Counted from the first letter of the stretch, positions 16,447 through 26,506 are shown. The stretch is 48,984 nucleotides of DNA from an uncultured Candidatus Saccharibacteria bacterium (GCA_964544485.1 CAZJBH010000001.1:1-48984); one strand, 5' to 3'. Notes: generated by a model from the letters alone, not told the origin. Numbers and translations are program-made.

Positions 16447-17731
16447 GATGATAAATAAATTGGCTTAGTCCCATTAAAATCATTAATAAGCTTAAAACAA
16501 TTGGTTGGTAAATGCCTGTTTCAAATAGGCTGTGCGCGGAGAAATAGGCAAGCGACCCGATTAAACTGATTAGAATAGCTTTTTGCTTGAATAAAATTGT
16601 TTTTTTAAGGGACTTAAAAAGCTGCCAAAAGGTTGTAAAAATTAGTCCTAGCCATAATAATAAGCCAATTAATCCAATTTCTGAGAAAAGATCTAAATAA
16701 AAATTATGTGCAGTAGCTGGATTGCGGTAATCTTTCTGATTAAGGGCTAAGGAATAATTTCCCAGGCCAATTCCTTGCCAAAAATGATTCATTCCTATTT
16801 TTTCAGCTTGTTGCCACATTTCTAGCCGTCCCATATTTGAGCCTTCGGTTAAATCAAAGCTAGAATAAAAACGATCTGCAACAGGAGAAATTGGAAGTAT
16901 GAATAAACAAAGGCTAATTAAAATAAAACAAGGGACAACTTTTTTATTTAAATCTCGATAGATTAGCCAGCTAATTAAAATAAGCGCAATGATTAAGCCT
17001 AAATAAGCTCCTCGAGTAAAAGAAAGCATTATCCCGAGCATAAAAATAGAATAGTAAATCGCAATCAGTAATTTATTTTTGTAAATTAATAATCCAATTG
17101 CGCTAAAAGGGATGATTAAGCCAAGGCAAAAAGAAAACATATGCGGATCAGATAACAAGGAAAAAGCTCGCATTAAGGTTTGTCCATTAAGATTAACTAG
17201 CCAGCTTGGATAATTTAAAATCATATTGCCTAAGTTAAATCCGGAAAAAATTGGCAAAATATTAATTGCCCAGAATTGATAAATTTTTTCTAATCCAAAA
17301 ATAAATTGGGCTAAGAATTGAAGTAATCCGATAATTCCTAAAAAACTAAAGCCAAAAAGCAAATATTTGATTAATTTAATAATCTGTCCCCAGTTTTCAA
17401 TTAGGCTTAGCAAAATTAAGTAAAGCGGGAAAATAGAGATAAAATAGATAATTTTTTTGATCCCCCAAACAAGATTGATTGAATTAATTAGTGAGAATAA
17501 GCTCCAGCAGAGAAACAAGCATAAGAATAAGCTTTGATGATTAATAAATTTTTTTAAAATTATTCTTTTTTGCGAATAGAGCCGGATAAAAATTATTAAG
17601 CAAAATAAAGGAATCAAAACCCTGATTGAGGCTAAATCATATTTATTATTTAAATTAAGGGCAATTTGAAATGGCAAATAAATAATTAGCAATAATAGCC
17701 AGAAATATAATTTTTGCTTAATTGATTTCAT
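16430..17731 (-). CDS. O-antigen-ligase/Wzy_C-family polytopic membrane protein (paralogue)
   Basis: Polytopic. Motif TAHNFYLDLFSEIGLIGLLLWL. Confidence 0.65.
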   Translation of the reverse strand: MKSIKQKLYFWLLLLIIYLPFQIALNLNNKYDLASIRVLIPLFCLIIFIRLYSQKRIILKKFINHQSLFLCLFLCWSLFSLINSINLVWGIKKIIYFISIFPLYLILLSLIENWGQIIKLIKYLLFGFSFLGIIGLLQFLAQFIFGLEKIYQFWAINILPIFSGFNLGNMILNYPSWLVNLNGQTLMRAFSLLSDPHMFSFCLGLIIPFSAIGLLIYKNKLLIAIYYSIFMLGIMLSFTRGAYLGLIIALILISWLIYRDLNKKVVPCFILISLCLFILPISPVADRFYSSFDLTEGSNMGRLEMWQQAEKIGMNHFWQGIGLGNYSLALNQKDYRNPATAHNFYLDLFSEIGLIGLLLWLGLIFTTFWQLFKSLKKTILFKQKAILISLIGSLAYFSAHSLFETGIYQPIVLSLLMILMGLSQFIYHHENNN

Positions 17732-19137
17732 TTTTTAAGCAAGCTAAAGATTTGTTGCGGCGAAAAGGCTTTAAGCAGATATAAGCAGGCGAAATAAGCG
17801 AAGACAGCCAGGGGAGCTGTCCAATAAACAGAATTATTTCTTAGAATAAAAAATATTCCAGCCATAATCAAACCTCCAATTAGATATTTAATTAATAATT
17901 TGAAGCTAGGCAATTCTTTCATGATTCGGTAAAGAGTGATTAGCATTAAGCAGGTTACTATTAGTTCGGTAAATAAAGTTGTTCCAGCTGCGCCGTAATA
18001 GGAGTATTTTGGAATAAAAATATAATTGGCAATTAAATTAATTAAAGCGCCAATTCCATAAATATAAAGCAGGGTTTTTTGCTTGGCCAAAGAAATAATC
18101 TGGTTGGAAAAAAGCACTCCTAAAAAGATTATTCCAGTAGCAATAATTAAAAGATTAAGCACTCCGGCTGAAGCAATGAATTCTTGTCCGCCGATTAAAA
18201 CAACTAAGCAATCAGATAAAAAATAAGTTCCGATAATTAGCGGAATAATAAATAAAAGAAGCAAATTCAGCGTTTGTTGGACTGTTTTTTTAAATTTATT
18301 TCTATCTGAAAAAGCGTATTTAGACATTAATGGCATAATTAATCCGACAAACATAGCTGGAAAAAATAATAAGCTTTCTAAAAACTTATAAGCCAAATTA
18401 TAAATTCCAACATGGCTGGCTGGCTGCATTAAAGAAAGCATGATTGTGTCTAACCGAAAATAGATTACTGTAAAAATAGAAGCAATTGCTAGAGGCGCGG
18501 ATTCTTTTAATATTTCTTTCCAATAGCTAATATCAAATTGGAATTTAATCGGAATATATTTTTGGCTAAAAATAAAAGCTAAGCAGAAATTAATTAATGC
18601 TCCGCCAATTAGAGCGCTAAGAATCAATAAAAATCCTAAATCTAGATAAATAAAAAGCACAACCAATCCTAACTGAACAATTCTGGCAAGCACTTCGCTT
18701 AAGGCAATTTTATCCATTCGGAGATATTTTTGGAAAACTCCCATTAAAACTTGTTGATTTGAGTTAAGCCAAAAAGCTAGCGCAGCAATTGCGGTTCCTA
18801 ATTTAACTTCTCCGGGATAAGGAAGAAAATATATAATTATTGGAGCTAAGCTGAAAATAAATAAGCCAAAAAAGAATCTTAAGGTAAAAGCATTATTAGC
18901 GATTTTAATTTCATTGGCTTGAGGTCGAGAAATTTCCCTAACGCAGATAGAATAAAGTCCCAGATCAGCTAAAACAGTGAAGAAATATAAAAAGGCCAAG
19001 ATAGTGGCATAATAACCAAATCCTTCTTGGCCCAAATAACGGGTGATAAATCCAATTGTAATCAAAGAAAGGGCTAGTCCTAAAATTCTAGCCCCGGCCG
19101 AAGCAATTGTATTGTAAGCAATTTGCCTAACTAGCAT
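17728..19137 (-). CDS. MOP-superfamily oligosaccharide/lipid-linked flippase (Wzx/MurJ-like)
   Basis: 469 aa, about 12-14 TM. The N-terminus NTIASAGARILGLALSLITIGFITRYLG is typical of polysaccharide biosynthesis flippases. Confidence 0.7.
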   Translation of the reverse strand: MLVRQIAYNTIASAGARILGLALSLITIGFITRYLGQEGFGYYATILAFLYFFTVLADLGLYSICVREISRPQANEIKIANNAFTLRFFFGLFIFSLAPIIIYFLPYPGEVKLGTAIAALAFWLNSNQQVLMGVFQKYLRMDKIALSEVLARIVQLGLVVLFIYLDLGFLLILSALIGGALINFCLAFIFSQKYIPIKFQFDISYWKEILKESAPLAIASIFTVIYFRLDTIMLSLMQPASHVGIYNLAYKFLESLLFFPAMFVGLIMPLMSKYAFSDRNKFKKTVQQTLNLLLLFIIPLIIGTYFLSDCLVVLIGGQEFIASAGVLNLLIIATGIIFLGVLFSNQIISLAKQKTLLYIYGIGALINLIANYIFIPKYSYYGAAGTTLFTELIVTCLMLITLYRIMKELPSFKLLIKYLIGGLIMAGIFFILRNNSVYWTAPLAVFAYFACLYLLKAFSPQQIFSLLKK

Positions 19138-19147
19138 TTATCTTAGT

Positions 19148-19474
19148 TTATTTAACATATTCTATCTTTGGAGTTGCTTGTTTGGCTTGTTTGTTCGGCA
19201 AAATAGCGTCTTCAACTATTAATTGATTATTTTTAAATTCAATTATTTGCGAAGCATCAATGATGAATGGTTGTTTTAAAAATCCGAGTAAATCTGTTTG
19301 AATATGATATTTAGTTATTTTTTGAGACGGCAGAGTTAATTCAAAATCAGCTACCCGGCCTAAGTATTGACCGCTTTGAGTTACAGTTTTGGCGCCAATA
19401 ATATTTTTAGCTTTAATTAGCATGGAATTAGCTAAATTTAATTTATTCAATTTTGTTTTTAATCGGCCTGACAA
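19148..19474 (-). CDS. PRC-barrel-like small protein
   Basis: IIGAKTVTQSGQYLGRVADFEL...KITKYHI resembles a PRC barrel. The internal Met at 19423 (MLIKAK) would remove the 32-nt overlap with jag and may be the true start. Confidence 0.4.
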   Translation of the reverse strand: MSGRLKTKLNKLNLANSMLIKAKNIIGAKTVTQSGQYLGRVADFELTLPSQKITKYHIQTDLLGFLKQPFIIDASQIIEFKNNQLIVEDAILPNKQAKQATPKIEYVK

Positions 19475-19907
19475 CTATTTTTCTTTCCTTGTCTTGCCCA
19501 ACGCTTTCTGTGGCAATATCAGGATGTTCAGCCAGAGTTAGATGAACAATTCTGCGCTCATAAGCAGGCATTGGCTGAAGAGTAATATTAATTTGTTCCA
19601 GATTCGCTCTTTTGGCAATATCTTTAGCCATTTGTTTGAGCAGATTTAGCCGGTTTTTTCTGTAATCATTGACATCTACTATGAAATGAATCGGATGTTT
19701 GATTTTTTTATTAACCAAAATTCTGGAAATATGCTGCAATGCGTCTAAATTTGCTCCGGCTTGGCCGATTAAGAAATTAGCTTGATCAGCGCTAATATTA
19801 ACAATAATATTATTTGCGTCATTGTCTTCTACCTTTATTTGTCCGTCAAAACCGATTGCTTTTAAGAGGGTTAAAATTGTTTTTTCAATAATTTCTTTGT
19901 TTCCCAT
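19443..19907 (-). CDS. jag: Jag/KhpB RNA-binding protein (KH + R3H)
   Basis: R3H region PMPAYERRIVHLTLAEHPDIATESVG. Position downstream of yidC. Confidence 0.8.
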   Translation of the reverse strand: MGNKEIIEKTILTLLKAIGFDGQIKVEDNDANNIIVNISADQANFLIGQAGANLDALQHISRILVNKKIKHPIHFIVDVNDYRKNRLNLLKQMAKDIAKRANLEQINITLQPMPAYERRIVHLTLAEHPDIATESVGQDKERKIVVRPIKNKIE

Positions 19908-19940
19908 GATTTTTAATTCCTCCGGTTAAAGATTATTAAT

Positions 19941-20657
19941 TTAAGTTTTTTCAACTTTGGTAAAGTATTGTTGGATGATTCCGAATAAGGTGATAACGAT
20001 CCAATACAAAGGCAAGCCAGCAGGTAGGCGCATAGCAATAAAAACAGTTATAATCGGCATAAAATATGTCATTTGCTGTCCCATAATTGAGGAAAAATCA
20101 ATTCCTTTGATTTTTAAATTGGATTGATTAGATTTTTTAGGCATAACCATTTTTGCCTGAATAAATTGAAGTATTCCTGCAATAATGGCTAAAATTAAGC
20201 TTGGCGCGGCTAAATCGACTATTCCTAAAAAAGAAGATTTTAATTCAGCCGGGCGGGAAATAAAACCATAAAGAAGATTAAGTTTTTGCGGTTCTAGTCC
20301 GGTATAAAAAACACGGAAAAGCGCGATTAGAATCGGTAATTGAATTAAAATCGGTAAACATCCAGAGACTGGATTAACTTTATATTTTTTATAAAGTTCC
20401 ATCATTTTCTGCGCTTGTTCTTCTTTCTTTTTATATTGTTTTTGGATTTCTTTTATTTTTGGCTGGAGCGCGCTAATGGATTTTTGGGATTGAATTCCTT
20501 TTTTAGATAGGGGAAACATTAAAAGTCTTATTCCAGCGGTTAAGATAATAATTGCTACGCCTAGATCATTAAAAGCAATTGTGTTATAAAGCCAAATTAA
20601 CGCGTTAAATAACGGGCGATAAAGAGCTTCATTAAAAATAGTAATTAAAAATTCCAT
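19941..20657 (-). CDS. yidC: Membrane protein insertase YidC (short form)
   Basis: GCLPILIQLPILIALF and LPLYWIVITLFGIIQQ motifs. Synteny rnpA-yidC-jag. Confidence 0.9.
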   Translation of the reverse strand: MEFLITIFNEALYRPLFNALIWLYNTIAFNDLGVAIIILTAGIRLLMFPLSKKGIQSQKSISALQPKIKEIQKQYKKKEEQAQKMMELYKKYKVNPVSGCLPILIQLPILIALFRVFYTGLEPQKLNLLYGFISRPAELKSSFLGIVDLAAPSLILAIIAGILQFIQAKMVMPKKSNQSNLKIKGIDFSSIMGQQMTYFMPIITVFIAMRLPAGLPLYWIVITLFGIIQQYFTKVEKT

Positions 20658-20662
20658 AATGA

Positions 20663-21016
20663 TTATTTTTGTTCTTTGTTAATAATTAAATTTGCTTTTT
20701 TGATTAAATCTAGCAAGTCTTTTTTAATTGTTTGATAATTTTTGTTTAGAATTTCCGGCTTAGCAATAATAGCTAAATCATATCCTTGTTTTAAATCTTT
20801 ATAGTTTCTGATAATTTCTTCTAGTTTTCTTTTAATCTTATTTCTTTGAACCGCTTTTTTGGAAACTTTAATTCCAATTGCAAAAACAAAACGGTTAAAT
20901 TCAAGTTGGTTTTTTATCCATTTTAATCTCAAAAATTCAGTTTCCTGATAACGGCCTTGTTTGAATAACTGTTCTAGGTTTTTTTTGCCGGTAAGTTTAT
21001 ATTTTTTAGCTAACAT
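20663..21016 (-). CDS. rnpA: Ribonuclease P protein component
   Basis: 117-aa basic protein with KAVQRNKIKRKLEE (RNR-like motif). It sits between rpmH and yidC. Confidence 0.85.
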   Translation of the reverse strand: MLAKKYKLTGKKNLEQLFKQGRYQETEFLRLKWIKNQLEFNRFVFAIGIKVSKKAVQRNKIKRKLEEIIRNYKDLKQGYDLAIIAKPEILNKNYQTIKKDLLDLIKKANLIINKEQK

Positions 21017-21042
21017 AAAAACCTTCCCAATGACTAATGGGA

Positions 21043-21177
21043 TTAAGCAGTTAGTTTTTTTCTTTGCTTGGCGCGCCTTTTTGAAATTACATTTCTTCCG
21101 GGTTTGTCTTGCATTCTTTTTCTGAATCCGTGTTTTGTTTTCCTTTTTCTTTTATTTGGCTTATAAGTAAAAGACAT
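21043..21177 (-). CDS. rpmH: 50S ribosomal protein L34
   Basis: Not in the supplied ORF track (44 aa). My translation is [44 protein letters not shown], with ATG at 21177-21175 and TAA at 21045-21043. Confidence 0.9.
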   Translation of the reverse strand: MSFTYKPNKRKRKTKHGFRKRMQDKPGRNVISKRRAKQRKKLTA

Positions 21178-21372
21178 ATTTATTTTATTTAATTAGTCTA
21201 ATTATCTTAACTTTTTTAATCTGATTAGTCAAACTTTATGTAATTTAATTGAATTTTTTAATCCACATTTTTTCCACAGCTTGTTAACAGATTTGCCTAG
21301 TTTTATTTGTTTTGCTATTATGGTAGAATAATTTTAACTTATTAGCAGATATTTATTTGGAGGAAAACTATT
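21178..21372. other. Candidate oriC / dnaA control region
   Basis: 195-bp very AT-rich rpmH-dnaA spacer containing two DnaA-box-like 9-mers. The dnaA-dnaN gap is only 14 nt, so it cannot hold an origin. Confidence 0.4.
21259..21278 (+). promoter_or_regulatory. Two DnaA-box-like 9-mers, one helical turn apart
   Basis: taatccaca (21259-21267) and ttttccaca (21270-21278) are each one mismatch from TTATCCACA. An extended -10-like tggtagaat lies at 21321-21329 and GGAGGA at 21359-21364. Confidence 0.45.
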
Positions 21373-22725
21373 ATGGATCCTAAAGAATTATGGCAAATCG
21401 CGCTTGGCGAAATTGAATTATCTATCTCTAAAGCTAATTTTATTACTTGGTTTAAAAACACTCAAATTCAATCCAAGAAAGACGGCTTGGTAACTGTGAG
21501 CGTGCCAAACGGGTTTACTAAAGAATGGCTGGAGAATAAATATAATAAGCTTATTTTAAAAATTTTGCGAAATAATTCTTCTGATATTAAAGATGTTAAA
21601 TTTGTAATTAATGCTAAATCTAATAAGGTTGAATTCGTTGAAAAAAAAGAAACAGAAAATTTAGAAAACAGCCAATTAGATTTTCAAGAATTTTCTTTGG
21701 ATAAAGAAACTAATCTAAATCCTAAATATAGTTTTGATAATTTTATTATTGGTTCTTATAATGAGCTTGCCCAAGCAGCTGGCCGGGCGATTGTTAAAAA
21801 TCTGGGCAATCTATATAATCCTTTATTTATCTACGGAGGAGTCGGCCTGGGTAAAACCCATTTATTGCAGGCAGTTGGAAATCAAATTAGCAAAGATTCT
21901 CCTAATAAAAAAGTTAAGTATTTGAGCTCAGAAAGATTTACTAATGATCTGATTGACGCTTTATCAAATAAAGGGATGGAGAGTTTTAAGCGGAAACATC
22001 ATAATATTGATACTCTAATTATTGATGATATTCAATTTATTGCCGGAAAAGAAAAGACTCAAGAAGAATTTTTTCATATTTTTAATTCTCTTTATCAAAA
22101 AAATAAGCAAATCATTATTAGTTCTGATCGTCCGCCTAAGGCAATTTCAACTTTAGAAGATAGATTGCGTTCAAGATTTGAAGGTGGAATGATTGCTGAT
22201 ATTAGTTATCCTGATTTAGAGACTAGGTTAGCAATTTTGCAGAGCAAAGCCAAGGAAAAGAAAATAAAAGTTCCGAATGAAGTATTAAGCTATATTGCTA
22301 CTCATATTCAAAAAAATATCCGTGAATTAGAAGGCGCGCTTAATCGAATTATTGCTTATTCGCAGATTAACAATGAAATTCCAAATGAAAAAACAGTTAC
22401 TAAGATTTTAGCTAATCTGATTAAATCTCCTAAAAAGATTACTAATTACAAGAATATACTTAAAACCATAGCTGAATTTTATGATATTAGTGCGAATGAA
22501 TTAATTAGCCGTTCGCGCCGAAAAGAATTAGTCCATCCTAGGCAAATCGGTATGTATCTAATTAGAAATGAATTAAACGGCTCTTATCCTTATATCGGTG
22601 ACAAGCTAGGCGGCCGGGATCATACCACTGTTATGTACGCTTGTCAGAAAATAGCTAAAGAGGTTGAAGCAAATGAATCTTTACAACAAGAGATTAAGCT
22701 AATTAGGGAAAGGATATATAATTAA
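21373..22725 (+). CDS. dnaA: Chromosomal replication initiator DnaA
   Basis: GGVGLGKTHLL, LIIDDIQF, the RELEGAL sensor region, and a C-terminal DNA-binding domain (GGRDHTTVMYACQKI). Confidence 0.97.
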   Translation: MDPKELWQIALGEIELSISKANFITWFKNTQIQSKKDGLVTVSVPNGFTKEWLENKYNKLILKILRNNSSDIKDVKFVINAKSNKVEFVEKKETENLENSQLDFQEFSLDKETNLNPKYSFDNFIIGSYNELAQAAGRAIVKNLGNLYNPLFIYGGVGLGKTHLLQAVGNQISKDSPNKKVKYLSSERFTNDLIDALSNKGMESFKRKHHNIDTLIIDDIQFIAGKEKTQEEFFHIFNSLYQKNKQIIISSDRPPKAISTLEDRLRSRFEGGMIADISYPDLETRLAILQSKAKEKKIKVPNEVLSYIATHIQKNIRELEGALNRIIAYSQINNEIPNEKTVTKILANLIKSPKKITNYKNILKTIAEFYDISANELISRSRRKELVHPRQIGMYLIRNELNGSYPYIGDKLGGRDHTTVMYACQKIAKEVEANESLQQEIKLIRERIYN

Positions 22726-22739
22726 GGGAGGTAACTAAA

Positions 22740-23840
22740 ATGCAAATTACAGTTTTACAAGAAAATTTTAAAAAAGCCTTAACTACGTCTGAAAAAATTA
22801 TCGGCAAGAATTTAACTTTGCCTATTCTAAATAATCTTCTTTTATCTATTGAGAACAATAAATTAAAAGTTTCTTCAACTAATTTAGAAATTGGAATTAA
22901 TGCCTGGGTTTCCGGCAAGATTGAAAAAAAAGGAGCAATCACCGTGCCAGCGCGCCTATTAGTTGATTTTGTTAATAATCTTCCAAATGAAAAAATAGAT
23001 TTAAAAGTAAAAGAGAATCAGTTAGAGATAAAATGTAAAAAATATCGGGCTTTAATCAAAGGATTAAGCGCAGATGATTTTCCAATTATTCCCCAATTAA
23101 AAGAAAAGCCGATTTTAAGCTTAAAAGGGAATCTTTTGCGGGATGGTTTTTCTCAGGTGGTGAATATGACCTCTATCTCAGAGTCAAGGCCTGAGATTTG
23201 TGGGATTTATAGCGTTTTTGGCAAAAAATCAATCAAATTAGCTGCGACTGACAGTTTTCGTCTAGCAGAAAAAGAAATTAATCTTGAAAAGACTCTGGCT
23301 AAGGAAGAAACAATGATTATTCCACAAAGAACAATTTATGAATTAATCAGAATTTTATCTGATCAAGAAACTGAAACTTCAATCGTTGTTTCAGAAAACC
23401 AAATTTTGTTTGATCTAGGGAATATCCAAATTGTTTCTCGCTTAATTGAAGGAAAATACCCTGATTATCAGCAGATTATCCCAAAGCAGACAAAGACCAA
23501 GGTTACGGTTAATAAGCAGGAATTAACTAAAGCAATTAAGATAGCAAGTTTGTTTTCTGGAAAGATTAATGATATTAAATTAAATATTAATCCGACTAAA
23601 AATATTCTTGAAGTTTCTTCTAAAGATGCTGATTTAGGCGAAAATAAATCACAAATTCAGGCAGAAATTCAAGGAGATCAAATTGAGGCTATTTTTAATC
23701 ATCGTTATTTAATGGATGGTTTAAACAATCTTTATTCTGACAAGATTATGATTGGTTTAAATGATAGTATTAAACCGGTTATAATTCATCCGATTGGAGA
23801 TACTAATTATACTTATGTAGTTATGCCAATTCGGGTATAA
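22740..23840 (+). CDS. dnaN: DNA polymerase III beta sliding clamp
   Basis: 366 aa directly after dnaA. LIEGKYPDYQQIIP motif and C-terminal YVVMPIRV. Confidence 0.95.
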   Translation: MQITVLQENFKKALTTSEKIIGKNLTLPILNNLLLSIENNKLKVSSTNLEIGINAWVSGKIEKKGAITVPARLLVDFVNNLPNEKIDLKVKENQLEIKCKKYRALIKGLSADDFPIIPQLKEKPILSLKGNLLRDGFSQVVNMTSISESRPEICGIYSVFGKKSIKLAATDSFRLAEKEINLEKTLAKEETMIIPQRTIYELIRILSDQETETSIVVSENQILFDLGNIQIVSRLIEGKYPDYQQIIPKQTKTKVTVNKQELTKAIKIASLFSGKINDIKLNINPTKNILEVSSKDADLGENKSQIQAEIQGDQIEAIFNHRYLMDGLNNLYSDKIMIGLNDSIKPVIIHPIGDTNYTYVVMPIRV

Positions 23841-23872
23841 AGAGGATAAAGAACGGGTTATATTAATATTAT

Positions 23873-23896
23873 AAAAAGCGGCCAAAGCCGCTTTTT
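23873..23896. terminator. Bidirectional terminator hairpin between dnaN and the PBP gene
   Basis: aaaaagcggc-caaa-gccgcttttt is a perfect palindrome with a GC-rich core, flanked by A- and T-runs. Confidence 0.75.
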
Positions 23897-23903
23897 ATTA
23901 AAT

Positions 23904-26432
23904 CTAATAATTTGTTCTAATTATTATTTCATCTTGAGCTCGATTAAGAGCAGCATCATAGGCGCGCACTTTAATAGTCTGCTGGTCAGACATATTCAAA
24001 TAATCAGCTAGATTAAAAGTGATTGAATAAGGCGCTTTTGAATCAGTTCCGATTAATTTATCATTAAAAAAGAAATCTATTTGTTTGATTCCGAGTTCAG
24101 CTTGCGCGCTTGCTTGAATAGTTAAGGTATTTTGGCTATTTGGAAGAGAATAGTTATTCTTTGGCGAAGTGATTTCTATTATTGGTTGATTTTTTTGAAT
24201 ATGAATATCATCTTCTTCTTCAGGCGGGTTTTGGTTGTAGCATTTTGTTCCGCAAGGTTGTTGTTTGACCCAGTCTAAGACTGGTTTTTCCCAATTTAAA
24301 AATTGCGGATCTTGTTCTGGATTTTCCGGAAATTCTCCTAAGGGATTATCTTTATCTACATAATAGAGAATTGAATGAACTTGGTAATATTCTTTTTCTT
24401 CAATTAGATCAGGCGGAGTGAATTGAGTGGCTAATTTTCCGGAAAGACTATCAATAGCTACTTTTTTAGCGTAAGCTAATTCTCCGTTAAGCATTGGTTT
24501 TTCTGGATCATTTGGTTCCGGAGCAGTAAAATTTTCTATTTCTTTAGGCAGAATAAATTCTTGGAGCAATTCATCTTTTGGCTGGGTGATTTGTTCTTTT
24601 TTTTGCGTCTTTCTTTCATAAGCCCGTGTCATAAAATCATTCCAAATCGGCGCAGCTACTGCAGCTCCGGCAGCTCCAGAACGCATTTTATCAGTAAAAT
24701 CATTGTTTCCGGCCCAAACCCCGGCAGTTAAGCTCGGAGTATAGCCAACTGTCCATCCATCAGCGTAATCTTGAGTAGTTCCGGTTTTAGCGGCAGCTGG
24801 CCGGTTGGCTAAACGCAGTTTAGACCATTCGCCAAACATTGGCGCGCGCGCCTGGTTGTCTGAAAGCATATCATTTATTTGTCGGGCGATTTGTTTATCT
24901 ATAACTTTAATTGGATTATCTTGATATTCTTCCAAAATATTTCCTTTAGTGTCTTCAATTCTTAAAATCATGCTTAAAGAATGTTTAATTCCTTCTGAAG
25001 CAAAGACAGAATAAGCTGCTGTTTCGTCGATTAATTTAACTTCTCCTCCTCCTAAAACCAAAGAAAGCCCATAACGATCGCGGTCTTTTAAAGTGGTAAT
25101 ACCCATATCTTGGGCTAAATTAATTGTTTCTTCTATGCCGGCTAAATACAAAGCTTTAACTGCTGGAATATTAATTGATTGAGCTAGAGCGTCTTTAAAA
25201 CTAATTGGTCCGCGGAATCTATAATCATAGTTATGAGGAACATAGTCTTTGGTTGAACCTCCGGAACCAAAATTAGTTTCTAAATCAAAGACAATAGTTT
25301 GCGGAGTGAATCCTTTTTTTAAGGCAGCTGCATAGGCAAATGGCTTAAATGAAGATCCTGGTTGGCGATAAGGGCTGGTAGCTACATTAAATTGTTCTTC
25401 TTGATAATCTTTAGATCCGGTGATTGCTAAAAGTTGTCCTGTTTTTGAATCAATTGCTACCAGAGCTGCGTTAGAGGCATTGAATCTTTCATTGCTTTCA
25501 ACTCCTTTGGCAGTTGCTTCTTCAGCGATTTGCTGTAATTCCCAGTCTAGGGTGGTATAGACTTTAAGTCCAGCTTTATTAATATCAGTATAAAGGCGGC
25601 TGTATTTATCTTCTAAATACTCCTTAATCATAGTTACAAAGTGATGCGCTTTAAGTTCGCTTTGAGAAACATATTTTAATTCTGCTTGCTTAGCTTGATC
25701 AGCTTGCTCTTGAGTAATATATCCAAATTTAACCATTCGATTAAGAATAGACTCTTGTCTTTGTTTAAGCTTCTTTGGATGTGAGCCATAAGGAGAGTAA
25801 TAACTGGGAGCTTTAGGCAGAGACGCTAAAAGAGCTGCTTCAGCTAGGTTTAATTCTTGGGCGTTCTTATTGAAAAAAGTTCGGCTGGCTGATTCAATCC
25901 CATAGGCATTTGATCCATAAGGAACTTGGTTTAAATAAAAGCCAAGGATTTCATCTTTGGTATATTTTCTTTCCATAATTAAAGATAAAATAGCTTCTTT
26001 GATTTTGCGAGTATAAGTTCTTTCTGCTTGCGGCCCTCCTAAATAAGCGTTTTTAATATATTGCTGAGTAATAGTGGATCCACCTTGGCTAATCTCATTT
26101 CTGGTTAGATTAGACCAAGCAGCTCGCAGAATTCCTTTCCAGTCTAATCCAAGATGATGGTAAAAATTATCATCTTCAGCAACAATAGTTGCTCCTTTAA
26201 CATATTCTGGAATTTGTTCAAAAGTGATAATTGTGCGTTTTTCTTCTCCATGGATATCGTAAAGAATAATTTCACCGGTTCGATCATAGATTTTAGTTGA
26301 TTGAGCTATTTGATGCTGGTCTATTTTAGCCGGATCAGGCAAATCTTTGATGAAATAAGCAAAAATTCCAATTCCGCAAAGAACGGTTATTAAGATGATA
26401 AATAAGCCAAATTTGATTATTTTTTTAAACAT
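23904..26432 (-). CDS. ponA: Class A penicillin-binding protein (glycosyltransferase + transpeptidase) with a C-terminal Ig-like domain
   Basis: GT51 motifs EDDNFYHHLG, GGSTITQQ, RKIKEA. Transpeptidase motifs SSFKP, SIN, KTGTT. An extra C-terminal region of about 100 aa appears beta-rich. Confidence 0.9.
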   Translation of the reverse strand: MFKKIIKFGLFIILITVLCGIGIFAYFIKDLPDPAKIDQHQIAQSTKIYDRTGEIILYDIHGEEKRTIITFEQIPEYVKGATIVAEDDNFYHHLGLDWKGILRAAWSNLTRNEISQGGSTITQQYIKNAYLGGPQAERTYTRKIKEAILSLIMERKYTKDEILGFYLNQVPYGSNAYGIESASRTFFNKNAQELNLAEAALLASLPKAPSYYSPYGSHPKKLKQRQESILNRMVKFGYITQEQADQAKQAELKYVSQSELKAHHFVTMIKEYLEDKYSRLYTDINKAGLKVYTTLDWELQQIAEEATAKGVESNERFNASNAALVAIDSKTGQLLAITGSKDYQEEQFNVATSPYRQPGSSFKPFAYAAALKKGFTPQTIVFDLETNFGSGGSTKDYVPHNYDYRFRGPISFKDALAQSINIPAVKALYLAGIEETINLAQDMGITTLKDRDRYGLSLVLGGGEVKLIDETAAYSVFASEGIKHSLSMILRIEDTKGNILEEYQDNPIKVIDKQIARQINDMLSDNQARAPMFGEWSKLRLANRPAAAKTGTTQDYADGWTVGYTPSLTAGVWAGNNDFTDKMRSGAAGAAVAAPIWNDFMTRAYERKTQKKEQITQPKDELLQEFILPKEIENFTAPEPNDPEKPMLNGELAYAKKVAIDSLSGKLATQFTPPDLIEEKEYYQVHSILYYVDKDNPLGEFPENPEQDPQFLNWEKPVLDWVKQQPCGTKCYNQNPPEEEDDIHIQKNQPIIEITSPKNNYSLPNSQNTLTIQASAQAELGIKQIDFFFNDKLIGTDSKAPYSITFNLADYLNMSDQQTIKVRAYDAALNRAQDEIIIRTNY

Positions 26433-26477
26433 AAGCCTATTTTGTCATAATCAAGCATATTTTTCAAGTTAATCTAT

Positions 26478-26506
26478 TTGTAATTTTATTATTTGATTGC
26501 TATAAT
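26478..26506 (+). promoter_or_regulatory. Candidate tyrS promoter
   Basis: TTGTAA (26478-26483), 17-nt spacer, TATAAT (26501-26506). The ATG at 26521 is only 14 nt downstream of the -10 and has no Shine-Dalgarno sequence. Confidence 0.4.

Noticed and set aside
22726-22739. dnaA-dnaN spacer as the oriC location
   Set aside because: It is only 14 nt and is occupied by the dnaN ribosome-binding site (GGGAGG).
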